A stretch of 64,000 bases of DNA from Octopus sinensis (Eukaryota): positions 50,344,001-50,408,000 of the forward strand of contig NC_043013.1 in the NCBI RefSeq assembly GCF_006345805.1, given 5' to 3'. Both the position numbers and the translations under genes were made by a program. This document shows positions 43,189-56,028 of this stretch, in pieces (within the stretch, counting starts at the first letter, position 1; each line of letters starts with the position of its first letter). Below the pieces are notes generated by a model. It made no database searches and was not told the DNA's origin. It was given only the letters and a program-made list of their open reading frames with translations.

Positions 43189-44353
43189 TGATGATAATAA
43201 TAATAACAACAACAGATTTGTTGGTTCAATACTTTGTTAGTTTAATTCTTTGTTGGTTTAATATTTCATTCTCTTGTACGTTATTTTAATCGACAGACCC
43301 GAAACGATAGAAGGTAAAGTCGAGATCTCGGCACGATTTGAACTCTTTACGCTCTAAGTTTACATTGCGCTGACGTTAACATTGCCTTTCATTCCTCCAG
43401 GGGCCGATGAAAAAAGTACCAGTCTTGTACTGGGGTCAATGAAATCAAGTAATTCCGCACTCTAAAACTGCTGACCTGGTGTCAAAATTTGTAACCAGTA
43501 TTAGTCATTCATATAGTAACCTGCGTGGCTTAGTGGCTAGTGTGTTCGGCTGACGATCATAAGGTCGTAGTTTCAATACTCGGCGACGCATTGTGTCCTT
43601 GAGTAAAACACTTTATCTCACGTTGCTCCAGCTGGTAAAAATAGGTAGTACCTATATCTCTGTCCGTCCCTCTCCCAACTCATTTCCAACACATATTCAA
43701 TAATATGTTTACTCGTTTACTAACAGCACATAAATTTCCTTCAGAACTACGTTAAGGGCACACGTGTCTGTGGAGTGCTCAGTCACTTGCACGTTAATTT
43801 AACGATCAGGCTGTTCCGTTGATCGGATCAACTGGAACACTCGTCGTCGTAACCGACGGAGTACCTTCTTTTTTCTTTTTTAAGTAACACTTATAAATAA
43901 TTATTTTTACCATAGGCAAAGGGCCTGAAATTTTGAGGAAACAGGTCTAGTCGATTATATCAGTCCAATGTTCAACTGATACTTACTTCATCGACCCCGA
44001 AAGAACGAAAGGCAAAGTCGACCTTGGTAGCATTTGAACTCAGAACGTAAACCCAGGAGAAATGACGTTAAGCATTTTGTCCGGCATGCTAACGATTCTG
44101 CCAGCTCGCCGCCTTACAACCCATATAAATAATAAAAATAAAAAATTAAAAAATTATTATTAAAAAATTGCTTACAAAACCTGAAATTGTTGTGGAGAAA
44201 GGGTTAGATGATATCATAGACCTGAGTACGCGACTGGTACTTCCTTTTATCGGTACCAGAAGAATGACAGATAAACTTGACCTCGGCAGAATTTGAACTC
44301 AGAACGTAGGTATTTTTTTACAGACGCTCAAAAGATTCTGGATGGTAATGATG

Positions 44354-44385
<32 letters not shown>

Positions 44386-44731
44386 GATGATGATGACGAT
44401 GATGAGGACGATAACAATAATTACGATAGTGAGGATGATGATGATGATGGCTAAACTAATGACGATAGCGATCATGATGCTGATGCTGACGTTGATAATG
44501 CCGATGGACGACAACGATGATGATGATGAAGACGACGGTGATGATGAAGAGGATGAGGGAGGATGAACAACGTCGTTTACTATAGCGAAAAAACTCCTTG
44601 TGTTGTTATTAACGGTCAACAGGTCTCGGCACCCTGTAACTCACCTGATTGTGAACACCTCCAATGAACCGCAGAATCTGCTTAATTATTTGAATTTTGA
44701 ATGGAAAAACCCAAAAGGAAACAGCACAAAC

Positions 44732-44847
44732 CTGTTCTGAAGTGAAAAGCACCAATTGTTTCTTTCCGAGTAAGCCTTTCTGTTTGATATCTGGACATGC
44801 GTAATGCCTGGCAGTTAAGACGCCGTAAAGGTTTGATATGGCTCCAC
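44732..44847 (-). CDS. GAD: Glutamate decarboxylase internal exon (116 nt, phase 1-0)
   Basis: Acceptor ccaccag|, donor CAG|gtttgt. Reads (G)GAISNLYGVLTARHYACPDIKQKGLLGKKQLVLFTSEQ. Splices in frame with the preceding exon. Confidence 0.96.
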
Positions 44848-45258
44848 CTGGTGGTGATGGGAAATAAAACAGGGTTTCAGAACAAAGAAATGGTGACTCT
44901 CCCTCTCTCTCTCTCTGACTCCCTCTTTCTTTCTCTCTCACCCTCTCCCTCACACACGCATGCATCATGCATGTATATACACATACAAACACACGCAAGA
45001 AATTCTATGTAATAAGAGAAAAATATTTAAGATTTCCTGTTTTACAATATATATATATATACATACACACATATATATATATACACACACACATACATAT
45101 ATACACATACATATATATACATATATATATACACACACACATACATATACATATATATATACACATATATATATATATATACATATATACATACATTCAT
45201 ATAAATATACTTATATATTTTTCATACACACACACGTAGAGGTATATGTACATATATC

Positions 45259-45329
<71 letters not shown>

Positions 45330-45347
45330 GTATATGTACACGTTCAT

Positions 45348-45389
<42 letters not shown>

Positions 45390-45447
45390 CAACATTATCC
45401 GGCTTCTGACAGGTGACTTTCTAGTCTAAATTTTAAAGGTAACATAC

Positions 45448-45554
45448 CTGGGGAAAATATTCCATCTCCGTCTTTCCAACCCACGATATGCCTCATCCGT
45501 TCCAGTACAACTGCTTCCATCAAGGTGAAAACAGGAGCCACTTCATATGTAAAC
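45448..45554 (-). CDS. GAD: Glutamate decarboxylase internal exon (107 nt, phase 2-1)
   Basis: Acceptor ttattag|, donor G|gtatgt. Reads (M)[35 protein letters not shown](G). Confidence 0.97.
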
Positions 45555-45735
45555 CTAATAATAACAACAACATCAAAAATAATAACTACAGAAATAATAA
45601 GGATTACAACAGTAACTACAAGAATAATCTGAGACACCTACAAAAGTCCAATCTTCTTGACAAAAGACAGACAGTAAAAATGAATTACTACTGATTAGAA
45701 GTGCATGAAAAATATTGATTATTCGGTAATAATTA

Positions 45736-46030
45736 CAAGGTTTTCTCTTCAAATTTGACGTGATCAACTTCAATCTCGTCAACGTGTCTTCATTCTAAAG
45801 CGACGACATTTAATTTGGTGCTGACGAAATCAAGATAAACGGCAACGTACTCGAGACTAGTGATAATGAATTTGAAGCTGACGATGACGAATTTGAGGTT
45901 GACGGTGACGAAATCGAGATAGACGACAACGTAGTCAGGACTAACAATAATGAATTTGAAGCTGACGATGACGTACATGAAGTTGACGGAGTTGAAGTTG
46001 ATAATGATGAATTTTGAGGAGGGAACCCTG
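45736..46030. mobile_element. TA-flanked MITE with ~50-bp imperfect TIRs and internal 21/84-bp repeats
   Basis: TA|CAAGGTTTTCTCTTCAAA...TTTTGAGGAGGGAACCCTG|TA. Confidence 0.6.
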
Positions 46031-46430
46031 TAAGAAAGTCGTAAAATAAAGTAGTGGGTGCCAGTTCGTGTCGGAGTCTGGCTGTTCGAAAGAAATAATG
46101 TTTACCTTTGCGCAAGAGGTATTCACTACACATTGGAAGTACTGGGGTCGATATAATTGACTATTCTCTTCCGGGCGATATTTTTCGAGAGGGTGGGATG
46201 AGAGGATAAAAAGCGAGCCAAAAACCGCTATTTTTGATAAAATACTTTAGATTATCGTGGCAAAGAAAGAAGAATTATACAAAACAGACACATCTCTTTA
46301 AAAAAGAAGCGGAGATCAAGCATTTCATTGATATATTAGGGATGGTGAGGGTAATAGAGTGGGGGACAAAGTGCCACTAAGTAATTAGTTCGGCGTCCTA
46401 ATGTTTCTGCCAATAATAAAAAATTTGATG

Positions 46431-46472
<42 letters not shown>

Positions 46473-46896
46473 TAATAATAATAATAATAAAATAATAATG
46501 GTTTCAAATTTTGCCACAAGGGAATCCATGCTGGGGGTGGGGATGTGTCGATTATATCGACTCCAGTGTTCAACTGTTTTTTGTTTTATTAATCCCGAGA
46601 GGATGAAAGGCAAAGTCGACCTCGGCGGGATTTGAACTCAAAATGTAGCAAGGGTCGAAATATCACTAAGCATTTCGTCCAGTGCGCTCACGATTCTAAT
46701 AATAATAATGTCAGCTGTTTGTATTTCGTTACTTCACTAGTCTATGCATTTATATATACACACATACATATAAGCATACACGAATACACGCATACATAAT
46801 ATACAGGAGTCACTCGACTAAATGCGGTGCTCCAGCATGGCCGAAATCAAATGCCTGAAACAAGTAAAATAATAAAAGAATATATATATATATATT

Positions 46897-46946
<50 letters not shown>

Positions 46947-47134
46947 TAATATAAACAGCAGTTTACAATGTTTCACCAAAAAGGAGAATTATAATTGGCA
47001 TGTGACTAGTGTTACAAAACACCTACATTGCTAGAAATAAGAGCTAAACCGCTCTAATGTTGTAGTTAACGCACCCGAATGAAAACATATATATTAACAG
47101 CGGCCATAATCGTCCTAAAAGTGCCGATCGAGAA

Positions 47135-47187
47135 TTCTTAATACTGACGTTAGTTTCAGCAATTTCCGTTGCCTCATCAGTTAAGAA
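47135..47187 (-). ncRNA. Minimal type-I hammerhead ribozyme motif (Penelope-type)
   Basis: Minus strand: TTCTTAA-CTGATGA-GGCAA(CGGAAA)TTGCT-GAAA-CTAACGTCAG-TA-TTAAGAA. 7-bp helix I, intact CUGAUGA and GAAA boxes, 5-bp helix II (G10.1-U11.1 wobble), near-palindromic helix III ACTAACGTCAGT, GUA cleavage triplet. Confidence 0.82.
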
Positions 47188-48571
47188 ATAATTTTACTCC
47201 TGGTTCATTTGAGTGCTAGACAGGTCCTTGAATCTGTTTTGGAATAAGTTCTTTTGTGGTTCTTTTGTGTCCATTAATAAACATTTTATTCTGTAATGTT
47301 TGCTGCCAAATTACAGGTCTTTTGGTCAAAGGCTCAATTTAAACTATAACTTAATTGGTATCAAATATCTGTTTAATATTCACAATGATCACTTTGAAAG
47401 TTTGATTAGAATAATGCACATCGATAATGGATGCGTGAGTGCTTGTCCGTCGCTTCAGTTCGTTAATTTGTTTCTTGACGTCTTGTGCAGCTACTGTTTT
47501 CACAATCCACCCACTATTTTTTCATCGTGAAACTTTTGAATTGAATTCATTCTCTTTTTACTCTTTTACTCGTTTCAGTCATTTGACTGTGGCCATGCTG
47601 GAGCACCGCCTTTAGTCGAGCAAATCGACCCCGGGACTTATTCTTTGTAAGCCCAGTACTTATTCTATTAGTCTCTTTGGCCGAAACGCTAGGTTACGGG
47701 GACGTAAACACACCGGCATCGCTTGTCAAGCGATGTTGGGGGGGACAAACACAGACACACAAACATATACACACACATACATACATATATATATATATAC
47801 GTCTGGCTTCTTTCAGTTTCCCTCTACCAAATCCACTTACAAGGCTTTGGTCGGCCCGAGGCTATAGTAGAAGACACTTGCCCAAGGTACCACGCAGTGG
47901 GACTGAACCCGGAACCATGTGGTTAGTGGTTAGTAAGCAAGCTACTTACCACACAGCCACTCCTACGCCATTGTAAATTAATTGAAACATCTTCAGGAAA
48001 TATTCTCATAATGGAAGCTCCCCTTTCTTCCTTTACTTTCGCTCTCAAAGGGCTGGACGAAATCTTTGCTTAAATGTTCAAAAAAAGCCATTCAGATTTT
48101 TCCTGTCTCAAGATGCAAATTTCAAAACTATGTAGAAAAGTAGCGAAAAATTTAAATATATCTTACGTCTGCTTTCGAGGAATTTATTAAACAAAGAAAA
48201 ATAAAATTTAAGAAAGCCTTGATGCATTCACAAAGAAAACAAGTATCTCCTTGTGTCAAATACGAACGGGAACGCCGCATCAAGGAATAAACTCACAACA
48301 GGCAACACAGAAACATTTATTTATACAAGCTACAGACATTTGATTGGTTATTATTTATAAATGATTATATTTGATTAAAGCATTCGTTTTTGCCGAAATT
48401 AATCATATTATGGCTCATTTAACACAAAAGAATATTTAAATCAGATCTCATCATTAATGTAGTAGGATAATCAGACGTCAAAATGTTGTTTATGTGTGAA
48501 ATAGACTTACATTTACTCTGTTAAACGATTGCACACTTTCGGGAGAATTTGAAACGTTAAAACGAGGTATA

Positions 48572-48641
<70 letters not shown>

Positions 48642-48800
48642 ATATATTTGTTGAAATAGAAATATGAATTTTCTTGTTACAGATTATTCAAAAGTTTAAC
48701 CGATACCTGGGTAGCAAAAATCACAGCAGAAAATACACGGTTGGAGATAAGACCATTTGGTGTTGCAACCGTGCGTTGGTGCGGATAATTGAAGTTTAAA

Positions 48801-49007
48801 ATTATTATTGAATGGAAGAAATGGAGTTGAACGAAGATTGTACAGAATTCCTTTTATTACATTCTACACATGTTTCAAAGGCCACAATATGGTACCCTTA
48901 TTTAATCAGAATTTGGAAATTTGTGGACTTTGAAACATGTGTAGAATGTAATAAAAGGAATTCTGTACAATCTTCGTTCAACTCCATTTCTTCCATTCAA
49001 TAATAAT
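48801..49007. repeat. 87-bp inverted repeat with a 33-nt spacer
   Basis: Arms 48801-48887 and 48921-49007 have one mismatch (48881/48927). Confidence 0.95.
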
Positions 49008-49254
49008 AATAATAATAATATATATATATATATTTATAATACAAAATAAGAAAATGGAGAAACACACCTTAATCAATAATCAACTACCAGATAATACCCA
49101 ATCACATAATTTATTAAACCACTACACATGCACATTAAGGTCAAACATAATAGTATAGAACAGCATTTATGTATTAACTTTGTTGGGTGCTTTACTGGCA
49201 GTATATTGGATATATGTTATCCCATGGTGGGTTGCACTCACAACCCCTATCTCA

Positions 49255-49311
<57 letters not shown>

Positions 49312-50338
49312 ATATACTGAGCTAAAGGATTATGAAAGCAGAGGATCAGCAGAATCATTTGCTCACCAGGCAAAATGTTTAGTGGTATTTAGTTCGCCAT
49401 TACATCCTAGGTAGAAATTCCATCGAGGTAGACTTTACCTTTCATCCTTTAGGGATCGATAAAATAAGTACTAGCTAATGAAGTACGTTCTAGTTGAGCA
49501 CTTAGCCTCGGCCCAGAACTTGCTGTCTTTGTGCAAAAAATATAAAACTAATATTTATTCCGGTTAAGGGGGTGAGCTGGCAGAACGGCTAACATGCCGG
49601 AAAAATGCTTAGCGGCATTTCGTCCGTCTCTGTTCTGAGTTCAAACGCTGCCGGGCATCAGTGTTACATTTCATCTCTTCGGGTCGATAAAATAAGTACC
49701 ACTTGAGCCCTGGGGTCGATGTTATCGACTAACCCCTCCCCTCAAAGTTGTTGGCCTTTTGTCAAAATTTGAAACCATTTTCGTTGTTGTTATTGTGTCT
49801 GTTATTGTTGTTGTTGTTGCTGTCGTTGTTTTGTTAAAGTTGCTTTGTGGTGAAGGTTTGTCCCAGCAAGGAAATCGACCAAATTTCCTACTTCATTATC
49901 CATCTCAACAGACAACAGATGGCGAGCAGAAAGACATCCTTTGAAAAGAAATGCATTTTCTATAAAACTTTAGAGCGTTTTATGAGAAATCCTCGTTTCT
50001 TTTCATTTAAATTTATTCAACTTGTTTTAATTATTTCTTTGAAATGAAGTGGTTAATAATACTAAAATAAACCATTCTGAATACAATAGGGAAAGAGAGA
50101 GAGAGAGGGGGTGAAGAAGGAGCGAGGGAGTGAAAGGGAGAAGGGGAGGGAATTGTAAAGACTTGTATATATATATATGAATATATATATATATACACAC
50201 ACCACATACGTAAACTTAACACTCATGAACACGCGTACACATACACCCACACAAAGTAATATAAGTCCTACTCTCACAAACATGCACCCCCCCACACACA
50301 CATGCAAATGCAAGCACATGAGCATGGGGGATGCGATG

Positions 50339-51040
50339 GGACGAGTCGATTACATCGACTCCAGTGTTTCATTGGTATTTAATTTACTGACCCCGAAAGG
50401 ATGAAAGACAAAGTCGGCGGAATTTGAACTCAGAACGTAACGGCAGACGAAATACCTATTTTTTTACTACCCACAAGGGGCTAAACAAAGAGAGGACAGA
50501 CAAAGGGATGAAGTCGATTACATCGACGTCATTGCGTAACTGGTACTTATTTAATCGACCCCGAAACGATGAAAGGCAAAGTCGACCTCGGCGGAATTTG
50601 AACTCAGAACGTAGCGATAGACGAAATACCTATTTCTTTACTACTCACAAGGGGCTAAACACAGAGAGGACAAACAAGGACAGACAAACGGATTAAGTCG
50701 ATTACATCGATCCCAGTGCGTAACTGGTACTTATTTAATCGACCCCGAAAGGATGAAAGACAAAGTCGGCGGAATTTGAACTCAGAACCTAACGACGGCG
50801 AAATACCTATTTTTTTTACTACCCACAAGGGGCTAAACACAGAGAGGACAAACAGGGACAGTCACACGGATTAGGTCGATTACATCGACCCCAGTGCGTA
50901 ACTGGTACTTATTTAATCGACTGCGAAAGGATGAAAGGCAAAGTCAGCCTCAGCGGAATTTGAACTCAGAACGTAACGGCAGACGAAATACCGGCTAAGC
51001 ATTTCGCCCGGCGTGCTAACGATTCTGCCAGCTCGCCGCC
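50339..51040 (-). mobile_element. SINE family A, tandem tetramer
   Basis: Head ggcggcgagctggcagaa..gagttcaaattcc (A/B-box-like) present once, body repeated 4 times. Other copies at 1-245, 12365-12570, 15170-15340, 16380-16533, 23925-24140, 39115-39700, 43905-44113, 46495-46700, 49562-49780, 54390-54604 and 62045-62438. Confidence 0.88.
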
Positions 51041-51104
<64 letters not shown>

Positions 51105-51355
51105 TAATAAAATTCGTATTGTTTTAGGCCGTTTTCAGTGAAATTATGAATAAGGAGAAGGATTGACTTATGAAAAGAATGTAGGGATTGGGACATGGTG
51201 GGGTAGTGAGGGGGGAGAATAGGAGAGAAGGGGAAGGAAAGGATGGAGGGGTGATGAGTAGAGTGTTTGGTTGTAGGGGTCGGGTGGGATAGGGAGATGG
51301 GGCTCTTCACTTTCACCGTCTTCCCTAATCTTACTATATCTTCCTTTCTCTCAGC

Positions 51356-51390
<35 letters not shown>

Positions 51391-52099
51391 TACTATACAC
51401 AAACGTACATCATGCATTCACGTAAACTTAACACTCACGAACACGCACACACACACACATATATACACACACACACGCACACTCACACACACTCACACAT
51501 ACACACACACCTAGTCCTTATGGACTTCACACTCCTGAAATACTCTACGCCCATCTTACACTCATAACTCGCGTACGCACGCACATGCACACACACACAC
51601 ACACACACACACAAACCCATATGAACACACACATACACACACAAACGCACACACGCACACATATACGCAAGCAAACACACGCAAGCAGACACACATGCGC
51701 GCAAGCACACACACACATACGCGAATACACACACACAAACACAAACACAGTACTCCCACACTCTCCACATTACACACACCCATACAAGCCTCTGCTTCAC
51801 CCCACCCCATACGCCTCTCATCCATAGCAAATACACACACACACACAGACTCTCTCCCAACACACACACTCTCTCTCCACACACACACACACACACAAAT
51901 ACAAACACATTGTTTTCAATTGAAGTGAAACCTCTCTCCTTGTCGCTCTGTTCGGGCTCTTTCAAATTCAACGACAGAATTCTTTAAAATCGACCATTCT
52001 CTCTTACTTCTTCCATTTCTTTCCTTTCGTTCTTCACTTTCTCTCTTTGTTTCATTCAAAACCTTACCGATTTACGCCATTACCATTATTGCTATTTTA

Positions 52100-52156
<57 letters not shown>

Positions 52157-52464
52157 TGATATGATTTCATTTGTGTCAAGGAATTTCTTTTTTTTTTGCC
52201 CTTTTTTCTTCTTTTTTCTTTTTACTGATTTCCATAATTTTAGTTTTGGAAACTATTTTAGTTTTTAAAAATCTATTTTCGATTTGGATATTTTCATCGA
52301 TGCAAAGAAAGCGACGAGAAGGAACGCAACTAGCTGACTCGAAAGGATTTTGGCTTATCGTATTAAGAACCAACGGTTCCACGGTTCATTTCCCAGTATT
52401 GGCACCAATCAGGGTACCTTATAAATGTTATTTAATACTTAAAGGGAGTCAGTCCCATCTAGAT

Positions 52465-52683
52465 CAGTGGTTTTCAACCAGGGTTCCGCGGAACCTTAGG
52501 GTTCCGCCAGTACAGTCCAGGGGTTCCACAAGAAGTTACAGAACTGCTAAAATCGGCAGTAATTTTTAATTCTCCTGTGCAGATATGTGTGCATAAGACT
52601 ATTAAATTATTGCTCAGGGGTTCCTCGAGCCAGTGGAATGTTTCCTTGGGGTTCTTCTCCAGGAAAAAGTTTGAAAAGCACTG
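52465..52683. mobile_element. Non-autonomous hAT (Charlie-like) element
   Basis: TIRs CAGTGGTTTTCAA / TTGAAAAGCACTG and a perfect 8-bp TSD ATCTAGAT at 52457-52464 and 52684-52691. Confidence 0.92.
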
Positions 52684-54021
52684 ATCTAGATACATGTGAG
52701 GGTCAGTTTCGTTTATTCAGATTTCTGCACTTACGATTTGCCACGCAGTCTTCTCTTTCAAATTTTTCTACGTGCAAAGAAAATTATGAAATTCTAGGGT
52801 TTTCATCATCATCGTAGTCATCATCATCAACAACTACAACAACACCAAAATCGTCATCATGTTCATTTAACTCATGCTGGCATGGGTTGGACGGATTTGC
52901 AAAATCCAGTGAGTCATAGGTCAATGCCAAGCTTCAGCGACAACTTTGGTATGTTTCTTTTTACGACTGGACCCACCCCTTTATGCCAACCATCTTATAA
53001 TGTGTACCGGGTGCTTTTTTGCCGGGTCATCAACACTAGTGAAGTCACCGAGTAAGTTGCAAGACAGAAAATGAATGGGAAAAAGGTAGATTCCCCCATG
53101 ACTAAGGGCGACGGGGGTTATTTGTAAACGGGGTGGGGTGGCTTTATACCAGGTGCTGAGAGGTTAAAGCATGAGGACATGTGTCTCCTCTTGCCATAGA
53201 GGAGACACATGGCCACCCCACATTATGTGAGGACGAGTAGTAGTAGCTGGGAAGAAGGTAAAGATGGTAGGGATAGGTTCTAGAGCAAACTTTTAAGGTA
53301 CAAGAAGGTGAGCATAAGAGAGGATAAGGTCAGTGGATTGGGAGAAGGGTAAAGAGAATGGGTAGATTCACAAGATTGTGAGAAGGGAATAACAGATGAT
53401 TAAAGAAGAGGTTAGAGAAAGATTTCCCCAATGATATTGCAGTCAGGAGTTCTTGTATAGGAGTTCTTGTCATGTAAGTACCATCATTTGAATAAACAAT
53501 TATTTCTACTCTACTTTATGTCATTGAGTACTTTGCCTTAAACTGTGGTTTCCTCGCTTTTTGTTTTTTCAAACGAGTATTTTATAACAGTAACTGTGAT
53601 AGTTGACCAAAATTGAGAGTATGATAGAAGAAGGCTTGCTCTTCCTTCCGTAGAAGATAAAATTCAAATCGGACCATGTTAACACCAAAAATTAGTTACA
53701 TCAAAAAGGTGCTTTTTTTCTATGAAAATCCTTATTTTTTACGATTTTTTGACAGCTGTGTCGCCATTTTTCGGTGTATTTCAACCAGAAAAATGTTCAC
53801 TTAAAGAGATTAACAAGCTACATAATGCAACAATTTTTACTTTTCAAAAATTCCAGTTCTAAAGGGTCAAAACAAACCCGAGCAACGCCGGCGATACTAC
53901 TAGTTTAAAAATGAAAGGAAAGCGGCGATTGCACAGAATGCAATATAGATTGAAAAAATTTCTTATTACATGTTTGTGTTAACTATAACAATACATTTTG
54001 ATAGAAATGCTTCCTACTCAC

Positions 54022-54112
54022 ATGTTGGTATTAACTGTAGCTGTTAGCCATTCGCCAGCAAGCCCAATTATGTCAAGTCCAGACGACAGTTGGTTTAGGA
54101 AACGTGGGTGCC
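54022..54112 (-). CDS. GAD: Glutamate decarboxylase internal exon (91 nt, phase 1-2)
   Basis: Acceptor tttttaaacag|, donor AT|gtgagt. Reads (G)[29 protein letters not shown](M). [17 protein letters not shown] is GAD-type rather than CSAD-type. Confidence 0.97.
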
Positions 54113-54704
54113 CTGTTTAAAAACGGAAGAAATTCAGAAGACAAATATAAGTCACGAACCCTTTCTTATATTTCAGTTTTCCTTGGAAAAAAAACCCCTC
54201 AAGAAACAACAAAAACAAAATAAACACGAAGAGAAATTTATTTTATTTTGTTTTATATTTCGAGCAATGACTGTGGGGATGATGTGACTTGAATGCCTTT
54301 CTCAAAGGTGTTAGAGATATATGTAAAATATAAAATCAACTTTTAAATCAAAGTCCCAGTGGCCAACTCAGAGTTTTTGTAGACAATAATAGTCTTCCTA
54401 ACATAGGCACAAAGCCTGAAATTTGGTGGGAAAGGGGTCCAGGTCGATTATATCGGCACCAGTACTCAACTGCCTCTTATTTTGACCACAAAAGGATGAC
54501 AGGCAAAGTCGACCTCGGCGGAATTTGAAACCAGAACGTAAAGACGGACGAAATGCTGCTAAGCATTTTGCCCGACATGCTAACGGCTCTGCCAGTTCGC
54601 CGCCTTAATAATAATGATTATACTTGTTTCAAATTTTGGTACAAGGCCAGCAAGTTCGGGAGGAAATGGCTAAATCGATTATATCGACCCAAGTCACTTA
54701 TGAA

Positions 54705-55720
54705 ACTCTCATAAGTGCTACTGGTAACATGAAATCCAGTACAACCTGCTGCATGGTCGGGTTGCCGGCGACTAAACTGGCACCCCCACCAGGCTATCCT
54801 GGTGAGGAGGGTTGCTAGAAACCCAGCAGGTTTAAAAACAAGACCTGTTGAAAGGTCGGATGAACCTAGTGCAGGCTCAATGGATATCTAGCAATAGCAC
54901 GGGTACGCAAAAATTCAGGGATGGTGTCCGGCGTGCTGAAAGACCAATGGGAGTAAGGTACCCTTCATCTTCTGTTGAACCACGTCTCTCGGAGAATGTC
55001 ACTTTGGTATAAAACCAGATATGCAGGGAATGGCATTGGACATTTTGGGGATCTTTGGTTTGTGCTAGAAATCACGGCGCTCCCACATCCCTGAGCCTGC
55101 GACTCATATTGGCACCAAACATCTTGCTCCGGCTTGTCTCTGGATAATGTCAATAAAGTGGAGGAGGTCTATGAGGTGTCGTGCAAGCCTTATTGGACCT
55201 AAAATTCTGCACGAGCATTGCTGACCTCTGCTCTATATGTGCTCCCCACAAATATATATTTTATTTTTAGTATATATGTATCTTTATTTTTAGTATATAT
55301 TTATATATTTTTAGTGTATTTTGGATTTTATTTTTTATTCGGAAGTCCTGCGGCGATGGAAGGTGGTAAAGCATGCAGACTTGATGGGTTGGATACAGGA
55401 GAAGTGCTATGAGCACTATATGGATCTTGTCCAGGTATCTATTGATTTAACAAAGGCCTTTTATACTGTGAATAGGGCTTGCTATGGAAAATACTTGGCA
55501 AACTTGGATGTCCAGAACTTAAGCGTGCTGCTCGAAAGCACTGCTGATGTAGTGAATAGAGAAAGCTTGGTCTGCAATGTTTGCAGTCGTGTATACTTAT
55601 CAAGAGCAGGGCTCATTAGTCACCTATGGAACTGCAAATGCAAAATGTAAGTTACTCCTAGAGCGTACAATGTTTCTCAAGGTCAGCAATGGGCTTCCTC
55701 GGTCACGAGTGATCGGCCAT
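54705..55720 (+). mobile_element. Heavily deleted RTE (BovB-like) LINE
   Basis: QEKCYEHYMDLVQVSIDLTKAFYTVNR (RT domain) and CNVCSRVYLSRAGLISHL (C-terminal C2H2), preceded by a 5' UTR-like block. Confidence 0.8.
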
Positions 55721-55976
55721 CATACATATGTATGTATGTATATATATATATATATAATATATATTGAAGTTCAAGGTTATACAAATCAATAAAACAGAAG
55801 ACAGACACAGGTGAGGGAACAACGAACACAGTGCATTAGTTTGACGCTCAGGAAAAATGTAAGAAGTCTTTGACATTTCGAGCCCACGCTCTTTTACACA
55901 AAGGAACGAGGAGGAAAACATGGATAGAGAAAAAATGGGGAAAAAAACCATGACTGGACTAATGGTGAATACATGT

Positions 55977-56028
<52 letters not shown>

